Shown one piece after another: positions 9,556-18,743 of a stretch of 52,274 nucleotides of DNA. Origin of the DNA: an uncultured beta proteobacterium (lineage in GTDB: Bacteria > Pseudomonadota > Gammaproteobacteria > Burkholderiales > Burkholderiaceae_C); contig CAITXW010000257.1 of the NCBI GenBank assembly GCA_903896425.1, positions 1 through 52,274 on the forward strand. Reading direction: 5' to 3'. The notes under the pieces were generated by a model. That model was not told the origin of the DNA and made no database searches. It was given only the letters and a program-made list of their open reading frames with translations. The translations under genes were made by a program, and so were the position numbers. Every line of letters starts with the position of its first letter. Within the stretch, counting starts at the first letter, position 1.

Positions 9556-10087
9556 GATCGTCAAACAAGCGCTGGTTAAATGGCCCAAGGTGCCCGCTTG
9601 CTACGGCTGGCTGGGGCTGGACGCACGCGGCAACTGGTACCTGCGCGACGAGCAGGCCCAGATGCAGGGGCCGTTTTCAGGCGGTCGTGGGGCTGGCAAG
9701 GGCGACGAGCTGCGGCATGCAGGTTTGATCGATTTCATCGCGCGCAACTATGAGCGCGACGCACAGGGTCGCTGGTATTTCCAGAACGGCCCGCAGCGCG
9801 TCTATGTGGAACTGGAAGCCACGCCGCTGATCTGGCGCGTCAATGCTGATTTTTCTCTGCACGACCACCTCGGTCGCGCGGCCCACTGGCAGGCGTGCTG
9901 TCTCGACGAGCAGGGACGTCTGTACCTGCAAACCGATACCGGCTTTGGTCTGGTGCACAGCATGGACACGGGGTACGCGGCCGACGCCATCGAGCAGGGC
10001 CGATGGCCTCTGCAGGATGTGCTGGCAGCCGATTTGCCGCTGCGTTTTGGCTATGTGATGAGCCCGCAGCTGCAGCAGCAGGCCTAG
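9548..10087 (+). CDS. Conserved hypothetical protein (DUF2946-like)
   Basis: MDEIVKQALVKWPKVPACYGWLGLDARG, FQNGPQRVYVEL; overlaps the upstream stop. Confidence 0.75.
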   Translation: MDEIVKQALVKWPKVPACYGWLGLDARGNWYLRDEQAQMQGPFSGGRGAGKGDELRHAGLIDFIARNYERDAQGRWYFQNGPQRVYVELEATPLIWRVNADFSLHDHLGRAAHWQACCLDEQGRLYLQTDTGFGLVHSMDTGYAADAIEQGRWPLQDVLAADLPLRFGYVMSPQLQQQA

Positions 10088-10097
10088 CGGGCGTGTT

Positions 10098-10649
10098 TTA
10101 TTTGGCGGCCGATGCAGCCGTCGCGGCCGATGCGGCTGCCGCCGGCGCCTTGGGCGCTTCAAACTTGGCGCCGCCCGCGTTGGCCATGTAGACCACGGCG
10201 CGACCGATTTCCACTGCTTCAAAGTCACCGCCGCCTTGCGGTGTCATGGCGTTCTTGCCCTTGAGCGCCGAGTTCAGCAAAGCCTCGTAACCGGTTTTGA
10301 TGCGCGGCGCCCAGGCCGCAGCGTCACCAAATTTCGGCGCCCCCACCAAACCTGCCGTGTGGCAGGTCGTGCACTGGATCTTGAAGACTTCCTCGCCCGT
10401 TCTGAGCTGCCGGTTGGCGTCACGAATTTCGATGTGCCCGACCTTCTGGATGCGGGTCATGATGGCTTTCTCCACATTCACCGCACCGGCGGCCGGTTTG
10501 TCGCCTGAGACCACGTAGTACACCAGCGCGATGATGATGAAGATCGGCAGCACGAACGAGAAGAATACCGTTGCCAGCAGTTGTTTGGGGGTTTTCACCG
10601 GCCCGGTGTGGGCATCGTCGTGATCCGAGGCTTGGTTCTGGTCGCTCAT
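10098..10649 (-). CDS. Membrane-anchored cytochrome c5
   Basis: One TM helix, CTTCH heme motif, GAPKFGD..AW, KGKNAM. Confidence 0.9.
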   Translation of the reverse strand: MSDQNQASDHDDAHTGPVKTPKQLLATVFFSFVLPIFIIIALVYYVVSGDKPAAGAVNVEKAIMTRIQKVGHIEIRDANRQLRTGEEVFKIQCTTCHTAGLVGAPKFGDAAAWAPRIKTGYEALLNSALKGKNAMTPQGGGDFEAVEIGRAVVYMANAGGAKFEAPKAPAAAASAATAASAAK

Positions 10650-10887
10650 AGGGTCCTGTCTGGTTCGGGGCGTTGAAAGCAGGGCGCGATTATAGCGGTC
10701 AGCCCCATAAAAATGCCTGCGCTGCGAACCGGCCGGTCCGTGGCGCCAGGCCCACGGGGCATTTTCCCGAGATTGACCGGTTTGTGCGTTTTCTCAATGG
10801 CCGGCCAAGCTGATCCGGATTTAATTTCCGATGATCGGGTCTGGTCTTTTGCGCAAGAGATCACCGACCGGCGAAAGAGAGGTCACT

Positions 10888-12603
10888 ATGGAACGAATCT
10901 GGTTGAATCACTACCCGAACGGAATTCCGGCCGAGATCGACCTGGATGAGTTTGACTCGCTCAATGAGGTGCTGCTGCGCAGCTGCGAGCGCTTTGGCGA
11001 ACTGCCCGCCTACAGCAACATGGGCGCGTCGCTCAGTTATGCCGAACTCGACCGTGACAGCCGCGACTTCGCGGCCTTTTTGCAAAAGTCGCTGTGCTTG
11101 CACAAGGGTGATCGCGTGGCCATCATGATGCCCAATCTGCTGCAGTACCCGGTGGCGCTGTTCGGCATCCTGCGCGCCGGCATGGTGGTGGTGAACGTCA
11201 ACCCGCAGTACACCGCGCCCGAGCTGGAGTACCAGCTCAAGGATTCGGGCGCCGTGGCCATCGTCGTGCTGGAGAACTTTGCCCACACCCTGCAAGAGGC
11301 GCTCGAGCGCAATCTGACGCTGAGCCCGGTCGTCATCACGACCGAGGTCGGTGACATGTTTGGGATGGTCAAGGAAATTTTCACCAACGTCGCTGTCAAG
11401 TACCTCAAGCACATGGTGCCCAAATGGAAGATTGAAGGCGCCATCAAATTCAAGGCCGCCTTGCGCGAAGGGCACGAGCAGGATCTGGAAGACGTTGCGC
11501 TGACGCACAAAGACACCGCTTTCCTGCAATACACCGGCGGCACCACGGGTGTCGCCAAGGGCGCCGTGCTGACCCACGGCAACATGGTGGCCAACCTGCA
11601 ACAGGTTGGCGCCTGGATCGCGCACGACCTGCTCGACGGCAAGGAGGTCTTCATCTGCCCGCTGCCGCTCTACCACGTCTATGCGCTCAACTCCGCCCTG
11701 GTGTTCATGAAAATCGGCGCGCACACCGTCTTGATCACCAACCCGCGCGACATGCCGGCCTTCATCCACGACCTCAAGAAATACCGCTTCACGGTCATGA
11801 TCGGCGTCAACACGCTGTACCGCGCCCTGCTTGACGACCCCGGCTTTGCGCATGTTGACAGCAGCAGTCTCAAGGTTGCCAACGCCGGCGGCATGGCGGT
11901 GCAGCGCGTGGTCGCGCAGCGCTGGAAGCAGGCCACCGGTGTGCCCATCATCGAGGCCTACGGCCTGACCGAGACCTCGCCGGGCGCGATCTGCAACCCG
12001 CTCAACATCGAGGACTGGACCGGCACCATCGGCATGCCGTTTCCCTCCACCGAGGCCGCCGTGCTCGACGACGATGACCGTCCGCTTGCGCTCGGCGAGG
12101 TGGGTGAAATCTGTGTGCGCGGGCCGCAGGTCATGGAAGGCTACTGGTGCCGGCCTGACGAAACGCTCAAGGTCTTCACGCCCGAGCGCTGGTTGCGCAC
12201 CGGCGACATGGGTTTCATGGACGAGCGCGGCTACTTCACCATCACCGACCGCAAGAAGGACATGATCATCGTCTCGGGCTTCAAGGTCTTTCCGAATCAG
12301 ATCGAAGACGTTGTGGCGCTCCATCCCGGCGTGGCCGAGGTGGCCGCCGTCGGGGTGCCCGATGAGAAGTCCGGCGAACAGGTCAAGATCGTTGTCGTGA
12401 AACAGGATCCGGCGCTGACCGAGCAGGCGCTGCTGGCGCATTGCAGTCAGCACCTGACCGGCTACAAGATGCCCAAGATTGTTGAGTTCAGCAGCGAGCC
12501 TTTGCCCAAGACCAATCTGGGCAAGATCCTGCGCCGCAAATTGCGCGACGCGCATGTTCAGCATTGGATTGGCGGCAACCGAAGAAAAAATTACCGACGC
12601 TGA
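10888..12603 (+). CDS. fadD: Long-chain fatty acid-CoA ligase
   Basis: YTGGTTGVAKG AMP-binding motif, EAYGLTETSP, LRTGD, SGFKVFPN; GAGAGG RBS. Confidence 0.9.
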   Translation: MERIWLNHYPNGIPAEIDLDEFDSLNEVLLRSCERFGELPAYSNMGASLSYAELDRDSRDFAAFLQKSLCLHKGDRVAIMMPNLLQYPVALFGILRAGMVVVNVNPQYTAPELEYQLKDSGAVAIVVLENFAHTLQEALERNLTLSPVVITTEVGDMFGMVKEIFTNVAVKYLKHMVPKWKIEGAIKFKAALREGHEQDLEDVALTHKDTAFLQYTGGTTGVAKGAVLTHGNMVANLQQVGAWIAHDLLDGKEVFICPLPLYHVYALNSALVFMKIGAHTVLITNPRDMPAFIHDLKKYRFTVMIGVNTLYRALLDDPGFAHVDSSSLKVANAGGMAVQRVVAQRWKQATGVPIIEAYGLTETSPGAICNPLNIEDWTGTIGMPFPSTEAAVLDDDDRPLALGEVGEICVRGPQVMEGYWCRPDETLKVFTPERWLRTGDMGFMDERGYFTITDRKKDMIIVSGFKVFPNQIEDVVALHPGVAEVAAVGVPDEKSGEQVKIVVVKQDPALTEQALLAHCSQHLTGYKMPKIVEFSSEPLPKTNLGKILRRKLRDAHVQHWIGGNRRKNYRR

Positions 12604-12667
12604 GCGCAAGCGTCGCGGTGGTCGTTGCGCAGCTTGTCGCAGGCGCTTCCCATGATGTAGAGGGCAA

Positions 12668-12708
12668 TTGACAACTCGCAAGTCGGCGCTGGCGGTGCTC
12701 TTTAGCAT
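12668..12708 (+). promoter_or_regulatory. FNR/FixK-type class II promoter of hsp20-cfa
   Basis: TTGAC-AACT-CGCAA (12668-12681), 21 nt, -10 TAGCAT (12703-12708). Confidence 0.7.
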
Positions 12709-12775
12709 GAACACAGACTGCGCGCAGGGCCATGCAAGCAGTCTCTTGAGATGTTCAACAAAAGGAGTATTCATC

Positions 12776-13219
12776 ATGAGCAAATTGCGTTTGTTTGAGC
12801 CGCGTTTATTTGAACCGGCACTGAGCGATCCGTTCGAATCCATGTTCACGCGCTTCATGGCGCCCATGCGAAAAGCGATGGAAGACGGCGCGCTCGATAT
12901 CAAGCTCGACGTCACCGAAGCCGATGGCATGTACAAGGTTCGTGCCGACATCCCGGGCGTGAAAAAAGACGATATCAATGTGCGCATCGACGGCAATGTC
13001 ATTCAAATCGACGCCGAGGCCAGGAAGGAAAAAGAAACAAAGGGCAATGGCGGCAAAGTTCTTTGCAGCGAGCGCTGGGAAGGCGCGGTATCGCGCACCT
13101 TCTCGGTGGCGCAGGATGTCGATGAGGCAAAAGCATCAGCCCATTACGAGGACGGCGTGCTGATGCTTGACTTGCCGAAGAAAACGACCGCGCCATCAAA
13201 GCGGATCGCCATTCAGTGA
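12776..13219 (+). CDS. Hsp20/alpha-crystallin small heat shock protein
   Basis: ADIPGVKKDDINV, AHYEDGVLMLDLPK; AAAGGAG RBS. Confidence 0.92.
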   Translation: MSKLRLFEPRLFEPALSDPFESMFTRFMAPMRKAMEDGALDIKLDVTEADGMYKVRADIPGVKKDDINVRIDGNVIQIDAEARKEKETKGNGGKVLCSERWEGAVSRTFSVAQDVDEAKASAHYEDGVLMLDLPKKTTAPSKRIAIQ

Positions 13220-14559
13220 TGGGTCCGGAGTACCAAGCCAACCAGGCGCTGCGGAATTCTGCCGCCATGTCGGCGCCGCCGATGGAAACCCTTGCCCCAT
13301 TCGCGCAGGCCGATCGCAGCCTGCTGAATCGGGTTTTGTCCCGATTGCAACCGCAATCCGACATTCCGCTGCGGCTGTCCCTGTGGAACGGCATGCACCA
13401 CGATCTGGGCGCCGCACCGCAGGTTACCGTGCGTTTGTCGGGACCTGGTTCGCTGCGGTACTTCCTGCCCCCGAGTCTGGACAACCTGGCCGATGGTTAC
13501 GTCAACGGCCATTTCGACGTGCAGGGCCGGGTTCATGATGTGGTGGCAGCCGCGTCCAGGCTGGCGCATTCGGGTGTGCCAATGCGTGGGCGCTTCGGGC
13601 GCCTGTTCAATGCCGTGCGCCACGACCGGGCCAGGGACGCGCGCGCGATCGAGCATCATTACGACGTTTCCAACGACTTCTATCGCCTGTGGCTGGACCC
13701 GGCGCTGGTCTACTCCTGCGCCTACTTCCCGACCAGCACTGAAACGCTGGCGGCAGCCCAGAGCGCCAAGCTCGACCACATCCTGACCAAGATCATGCTC
13801 AAGCCGGGTGAACGCCTGCTCGACATCGGATGCGGCTGGGGCGCACTGGTGATACGCGCGGCGCAAAAGTACGGCGCGCATGCGGTCGGTGTCACCCTGT
13901 CAAAAAATCAGTATGAATTGGCGCAGCAGCGTGTGGCGCAGGCGGGTGTGGCCAGCCAGGTTGAAATCCGCCTGCAGGACTACCGCGATATTGACAAGCG
14001 TGACGGACTGTTTGACAAGATCACCTCCATCGGCATGTTCGAGCACGTCGGCCTGAACCATTTGCCGGAGTATTTCGCAAAGATCCATGCGCTGCTGCGA
14101 GACGGCGGCCTGGTGCTCAACCACGGCATCACTTCCACCGATGCCGGCAGCGGAGAAACCCCGCTGGGTGCGGCCAGTTTCATTGAGAAGTACGTTTTTC
14201 CGAGCGGCGAGTTGCCCCATGTCAGCCTGGCGCTCAAGGACATGCAGGGCGCCGGCCTGGAGGTGCTCGATGTCGAATGCCTGCGCCGCCACTACGCCAG
14301 AACGCTGGCCGGCTGGTCGGACAATTACGAGAGCCAAAGCGATTCGATCCGCGCCATCGTCGACGAGACCACGTTTCGGGTCTGGCGCATCTACCTTGCT
14401 GGCTGCGCCCTCGCGTTCAGCCAGAACTGGGTGTCCTTGTACCAGCTGCTGGCCTGCAAGGAAGGCAGCAGCGAACACCTCAATCCGACCCCCTGGTCGC
14501 GGGCCTACATGTACCCGTCAAATCCGGCGCCAGGCAAGCTTGACGCGCCAGCCGGCTGA
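13216..14559 (+). CDS. cfa: Cyclopropane-fatty-acyl-phospholipid synthase family methyltransferase
   Basis: HHYDVSNDFY..WLD..LVYSCAYF, LLDIGCGWG, SIGMFEHVG; start uncertain (GTG overlaps hsp20 stop). Confidence 0.88.
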   Translation: MMGPEYQANQALRNSAAMSAPPMETLAPFAQADRSLLNRVLSRLQPQSDIPLRLSLWNGMHHDLGAAPQVTVRLSGPGSLRYFLPPSLDNLADGYVNGHFDVQGRVHDVVAAASRLAHSGVPMRGRFGRLFNAVRHDRARDARAIEHHYDVSNDFYRLWLDPALVYSCAYFPTSTETLAAAQSAKLDHILTKIMLKPGERLLDIGCGWGALVIRAAQKYGAHAVGVTLSKNQYELAQQRVAQAGVASQVEIRLQDYRDIDKRDGLFDKITSIGMFEHVGLNHLPEYFAKIHALLRDGGLVLNHGITSTDAGSGETPLGAASFIEKYVFPSGELPHVSLALKDMQGAGLEVLDVECLRRHYARTLAGWSDNYESQSDSIRAIVDETTFRVWRIYLAGCALAFSQNWVSLYQLLACKEGSSEHLNPTPWSRAYMYPSNPAPGKLDAPAG

Positions 14560-14620
14560 TACTTGCGCGCGCTTGAGGTTTCGCGCGAAATCGCCGGCGC
14601 TACACGCGTCGATGACGGGT

Positions 14621-14833
14621 TCACGGCCTGGCGTCTTTTTCGTTGTCTTGCTGCGGGCTCGTCAAGCGGTTGATATGGGCCGCAAAGTCCTTGGCCTTGA
14701 CCTTGTACTGTTTGGCAGAAATTTCGGCGGCGCGGATGGCCAGGCTGGCCAGGGCCCGCTTGCCGCTGAGCCGTTGCAGGTCCTTGAGCACCTTGAGCTC
14801 ACCGGAGCCGCCAAGGGATCGCGACCATCGATT
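14621..14833 (-). pseudogene. Probable 3' fragment of an unidentified gene
   Basis: Open frame ..SGELKVLKDLQRLSGKRALASLAIRAAEISAKQYKVKAKDFAAHINRLTSPQQDNEKDARP* with G/C-ending codons but no upstream ATG. Confidence 0.4.
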
Positions 14834-14883
14834 TCATTGCGGGCGGTGGCAACACCGCCCCCGCTTATTGGGTGGCGCAGATG

Positions 14884-14924
14884 TTGCGATATCGCAAGTC
14901 AGCCTGGCATGCGCTTCCTATCAT
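14884..14924 (+). promoter_or_regulatory. FNR/FixK-type class II promoter of the DUF2934-like gene
   Basis: Palindrome TTGCG-ATAT-CGCAA (14884-14897), 21 nt, -10 TATCAT (14919-14924). Confidence 0.72.
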
Positions 14925-15001
14925 TTGAACTGAGTTGTTGTGGCCCGCATGGGCCGTTTGCCGGCCCATTTTTCAACTTTGACAATCCAGAAAGGAATGA
15001 C

Positions 15002-15283
15002 ATGAAACTTCAGCGAACCGCGGCTCACGCTTCGCCTGCGATGGCGGCAACAAAAGGAAAACCGGCGCCGTCGGCCGCCAAGAAAGCGGCTGGCGCACCG
15101 GCAAAAAAAATGCGTGCGCACAATGGCGAAGACCGCCTTGAAATGATACGCCAGCAAGCGTATTTTCTATTCACATCGCGCAACGGTGCGGACGGATCCG
15201 ACTTCGACGATTGGCTTCGGGCAGAGGCCATGGTGGATCAGCTCCTGACAAAGAAGGCGCCGGCCAACCGCCCCGTGGCGTGA
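15002..15283 (+). CDS. DUF2934-like small protein with Lys/Ala-rich N-terminus
   Basis: IRQQAYFLF..R....GSDFDDWLRAE signature; AAAGGA RBS. Confidence 0.8.
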   Translation: MKLQRTAAHASPAMAATKGKPAPSAAKKAAGAPAKKMRAHNGEDRLEMIRQQAYFLFTSRNGADGSDFDDWLRAEAMVDQLLTKKAPANRPVA

Positions 15284-15307
15284 TGGGCCGAGCAGACCTC
15301 CGCGCAC

Positions 15308-15336
15308 AAAAAAGACCCAGCCACGTGGGCTGGGTT
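15308..15336 (-). terminator. Intrinsic terminator
   Basis: A6 followed by ACCCAGCC-ACGTG-GGCTGGGT (hairpin plus U-tract on the minus strand). Confidence 0.75.
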
Positions 15337-15434
15337 AAAAGTTGCTCTCGCCGCTCAGGCCGAGTGCAATTCAGTAGTGGCGCAGAGCGCACCCGCTTTG
15401 CCGGGGTTGAAAAACCCCGGCGCGATGCCCGGTC

Positions 15435-15737
15435 TCAGGCAATGATCTTCACGATCCTGTCCTGTGCGCTGCCCTCGAGCCAAAGGTGTTTGGCCTTGTC
15501 CAGTATTTCCCAATAGGTGCGGTCGAGCATGAGCTTGGAATTGAGTTGCGCAATCTCATCCAGACTGTTGACGTCGTAAAACCAGTAAACCCGGTTGTGG
15601 CCAAACATTTCAAGGCCGGTTTTCATGGCCAGGCCATAGGTCTTGTTGAGATGCGCCGTCACCTCGCCGCAAAACTGCAGGGCGCCAGGTACACCGGCAA
15701 CCACCTTGATCGTCACTTTTCGCGTAAATCGATACAT
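15435..15737 (-). CDS. Hypothetical 100-aa protein (possibly NIPSNAP-like dimeric alpha/beta barrel)
   Basis: MYRFTRKVT..YWFYDVNSLDEI..DRTYWEIL; AAGGGG RBS; own FNR-type promoter. Confidence 0.7.
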   Translation of the reverse strand: MYRFTRKVTIKVVAGVPGALQFCGEVTAHLNKTYGLAMKTGLEMFGHNRVYWFYDVNSLDEIAQLNSKLMLDRTYWEILDKAKHLWLEGSAQDRIVKIIA

Positions 15738-15822
15738 ACGGATCCCCTTGCAAAAACTGCTTGCTTGCATCGGTGCCGGCTCCATCGTGAACGGCATGCC
15801 TGGGTCTCACCGATGTGCGCGG

Positions 15823-15863
15823 ATTGTGCGCCGCCATGCAGTTGCGGCATTGCGAATAATCAA
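15823..15863 (-). promoter_or_regulatory. FNR/FixK-type class II promoter of the 15435-15737 gene
   Basis: TTGCG-AATA-ATCAA (15850-15863), 21 nt, minus-strand -10 CACAAT (15823-15828). Confidence 0.7.
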
Positions 15864-15936
15864 GTACGGAGCAAGAGGGATGCTGATGCGCCAGCCCGGG
15901 CCGAAGCGCCAGCTGTGTCAGTGTTGTTTCGAGGTC

Positions 15937-15978
15937 CTGATGCGCATAAATCCCTGATCACGGCATCGTGTTTAATGT
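15937..15978 (+). promoter_or_regulatory. Weak FNR-like promoter candidate for the hybrid kinase operon
   Basis: CTGAT-GCGC-ATAAA (two mismatches to consensus), 22 nt, TAATGT. Confidence 0.35.
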
Positions 15979-16127
15979 GAAAATACTCTGCAAGAATATT
16001 GTTTCTTTATTGGGATGCGTGCTATGCGAACACGTCACCGGAATGCGGTCACTTTATGCGCTGAGCTGAACGCAGGCGCGCTTGACTTTTCTGCGCAAGC
16101 GCTTGCACCGGCTCCGGGTGGTTTGGC

Positions 16128-18122
16128 ATGAGCAGCCCCAAGCGACCCCACGCTCCGATCGCAGCAGGTTTTTCGCCGCTGATTCCAGCTTCCGAGACGC
16201 AGCGCTTGGTGGAGGACTTGCGCGTACACCAATTCGAGCTTGAGATGCAGAATGATGAACTGCGTCGCTATCAATCAGAATTGGAGTCGTGGCGGTCAAA
16301 GTATTTTGACCTGTATGAGTTGGCGCCGGTAGGCTACTGCAGCCTCGATGAAAACGGTCTTATTTTCGACGTCAATCTCACCGCCGCCCGGATGCTCGGT
16401 TTACCCCGCTCTGAAGTGCGAAGCAGGCCTCTGTCCCGATTTGTCGGCGAGCGCGATGCAAACCGGTATGAGCTTTTTCGCCGACGACTGCAGAGCAGCG
16501 ACGTTCCGGAGTCCTGCGATCTGCAATTCTGCACCCATGGCGGTGCGTCGCTCTGGATGCATTTGTCGGGCATCAGGGCGCAGCGCGAAGGCGGTCTGGA
16601 TACGCTTCACATCGCACTGACCGATATTTCAGTCAGTGTTCGCGCCGAAGAACTGAAGGAGGTTTCGGAGCGAAACCAGGCCCTTCTCAACGCCATACCC
16701 GATCTCATCTTTACCAGCAACCGGGATGGTGAATTTCTGGACGTGAAGGCGTCTGAACAGAGTTTCCTTGATGCAGCGCCAGACAGGCTTCTGGGTCGGG
16801 TCCTGCACGATGTTTTGCCAAAGTCAACGGCCGACCTGTTTCTGAACTGCTTTGCCGAGGCGCTGGAATCAAAGACGGTGCAGGACTTGAACTACTCACT
16901 TTTGCTCGAGGGCCAGGAGAAGCATTTTGAGGCCCGCATCGCGCCATCAACACGGGACAGCGTCATCACCATCGTGCGTGACATCACCGAGCGCAGCAAG
17001 ATCGCCGGGGACCTTGTTGCTGCCAAACTCAACGCTGAAAAAGCCAACAATTCGAAATCAAGGTTTCTTGCGGCGGCAAGCCATGACCTGCGCCAGCCAC
17101 TCGCGGCGCTGGACTTGTATGTTGGCGTGCTTCAGCACCAGGTCAGCGCGGAGCAGCACGACCTGATTTGCAAGATTCGCAGTTGCTGCGACAGCCTGAC
17201 CGAACTGCTGACCGATTTGCTGGACATCAGCAAGCTCGAGGCCGGTGTTGTGGTGCCGGTCCAGTCTGATTTCTCCGTTGATGAATTTTTAGAGGCCATC
17301 GTTTCAGTTCATTCGGCCGAGGCAAGCCTCAAGGGTTTGAGTTTGCGTTGGCGCCCCACCAATGCCTATGTTCATTCAGACAGGAAACTGCTGACCCGGA
17401 TCCTCAACAATCTGATCAGCAATGCCATTCGCTACACCAGCGAAGGGGGTGTGCTGATCGCGTTTCGCCGGCATGAAGGCAAGTCCTGGCTCGAGGTCTG
17501 GGACACCGGCATCGGAATCCCCAAGGACAAAGTCGACTTTGTGTTTGATGAGTTCACGCAAATCGGCTCCATCGGTGCCGCAAAGGGCAGTGGCCTGGGC
17601 CTGGCCATCGTGGCCAAGACGGCCGGCGTGTTGGGCCTCGGGATTCGTGTGCGCACAAGGCTGGGTCGGGGGTCCATGTTCGCGATCGAATTGCGCAAGG
17701 GGCGCAAACCCGAGGCGCAAGTTGAAGTCGTGCGCGAAGTCAAGTCCAGGCACCTTCGGATTGCACTGGTCGACGACGATAGCAAGGTTCTGGCGGCCAT
17801 CGTCCTTGCCCTGGAGTTCGTGGGCCATCAGGTGATTTCGGCCACAAACGAGGAGGGTCTCATGGAGCGGCTGGGCGCGCAGGCGCCCGACATCGTCATC
17901 TCCGATTACCGGCTTGGCACAAAGAAGACCGGATTCGATGTGATCAAGGCGGTCAGAGCGGCCTTTGGCGCGAATCTGCCGGCGCTCATCATCACGGGCG
18001 ACACCGATCCGGAACTGATCCGAAGCATGGCAAGGCATGGCATCGGCATCCAATACAAGCCGATCAAATTTGACGCATTGCTGACGCTGGTCAGGCAGGC
18101 TGCCGAGAGGCGCACGCGATGA
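16128..18122 (+). CDS. Cytoplasmic hybrid sensor histidine kinase (2 PAS, HisKA, HATPase, REC)
   Basis: LRVHQFELEMQNDELR coil; FLAAASHDLRQPL; NLISNAIRYT; DTGIGI; GSGLGL; LVDDD..ISDYRL..KP. Confidence 0.92.
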   Translation: MSSPKRPHAPIAAGFSPLIPASETQRLVEDLRVHQFELEMQNDELRRYQSELESWRSKYFDLYELAPVGYCSLDENGLIFDVNLTAARMLGLPRSEVRSRPLSRFVGERDANRYELFRRRLQSSDVPESCDLQFCTHGGASLWMHLSGIRAQREGGLDTLHIALTDISVSVRAEELKEVSERNQALLNAIPDLIFTSNRDGEFLDVKASEQSFLDAAPDRLLGRVLHDVLPKSTADLFLNCFAEALESKTVQDLNYSLLLEGQEKHFEARIAPSTRDSVITIVRDITERSKIAGDLVAAKLNAEKANNSKSRFLAAASHDLRQPLAALDLYVGVLQHQVSAEQHDLICKIRSCCDSLTELLTDLLDISKLEAGVVVPVQSDFSVDEFLEAIVSVHSAEASLKGLSLRWRPTNAYVHSDRKLLTRILNNLISNAIRYTSEGGVLIAFRRHEGKSWLEVWDTGIGIPKDKVDFVFDEFTQIGSIGAAKGSGLGLAIVAKTAGVLGLGIRVRTRLGRGSMFAIELRKGRKPEAQVEVVREVKSRHLRIALVDDDSKVLAAIVLALEFVGHQVISATNEEGLMERLGAQAPDIVISDYRLGTKKTGFDVIKAVRAAFGANLPALIITGDTDPELIRSMARHGIGIQYKPIKFDALLTLVRQAAERRTR

Positions 18123-18565
18123 CTTTGCGCGTCATGCTGGCGGATGACCATGCCTTGTTTCGCGGTGCGCTGAGCGCTTTTTTGAAGCTGCATGCGGACA
18201 TCGAAGTGGTGGCTGAAGTGGGCAATGGTCTTGACGTGCTGCGGCAATTTGACGCCAGCCGACCGCAGGTGGTGTGCATGGACATCGGAATGGACGAGCT
18301 TGATGGCATCGAAGCAACGCGCCAACTGCTGGTCATGGCGCCGGATGTCAAGGTGATCGGCCTGTCGGCTCAGGTCGATCTGTTCAAGGTTGCTGCCTTG
18401 TTCGAGGCCGGTGCGCTCGGCTACGTCGTCAAGGGGTCCGCCGCTGGCGAACTGCTAAAGGCCATTCGTACGGTGAGCGGCGGTCAGAGCTATTTCGATC
18501 CGGCGCTGGATATCACGGGCCGGGCAGACCTGGCGCCATATTCGACCGGTAGGGCTCGGCGCTAG
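18119..18565 (+). CDS. NarL-type response regulator, receiver domain only
   Basis: LADDHALFR, CMDIGM, GALGYVVK; ends after SYFDP with no LuxR HTH; ATGA-coupled to the kinase. Confidence 0.8.
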   Translation: MTLRVMLADDHALFRGALSAFLKLHADIEVVAEVGNGLDVLRQFDASRPQVVCMDIGMDELDGIEATRQLLVMAPDVKVIGLSAQVDLFKVAALFEAGALGYVVKGSAAGELLKAIRTVSGGQSYFDPALDITGRADLAPYSTGRARR

Positions 18566-18633
18566 ACACACGCAACACGGCTTCGACTGGCCGGTTGTTG
18601 CGCGTTGGGTGCAAACAAGAGTTCATACGACTA

Positions 18634-18674
18634 TTGAGAATCCTCAAGTTCACGCCACCCCCCGGGAACAGAAT
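18634..18674 (+). promoter_or_regulatory. FNR/FixK-type class II promoter of TolC-OmpA copy 2
   Basis: TTGAG-AATC-CTCAA (18634-18647), 21 nt, CAGAAT (18669-18674). Confidence 0.62.
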
Positions 18675-18743
18675 TTAGCCTTCATTCACTCCAGCCAGAT
18701 ATTGGTTTGCAGCTCATCGGCTGGCTTATCCAGGAGGTTACAA

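Noticed and set aside
12560-12603. Arg-rich C-terminal tails (FadD GNRRKNYRR, regulator GRRHSD) as c-di-GMP-binding motifs
   Set aside because: Too short and compositionally common to support a claim
10861-13002. 713-aa minus-strand ORF, and similar long antisense ORFs at 1114-2394, 18738-20357, 25029-26471, 32786-34132, 34731-36374 and 44057-45391
   Set aside because: Antisense mirrors of well-supported genes caused by codon bias
14670-14685. TTGAT-ATGGGC-CGCAA, and TTGAC-N7-CGCAA at 16082
   Set aside because: Half-site spacing is 6-7 nt rather than 4, so not counted as FNR boxes
14087-15001. Long N-terminal extension of the DUF2934-like ORF (398 aa in the track)
   Set aside because: Overlaps cfa and runs through the promoter; the RBS supports ATG at 15002
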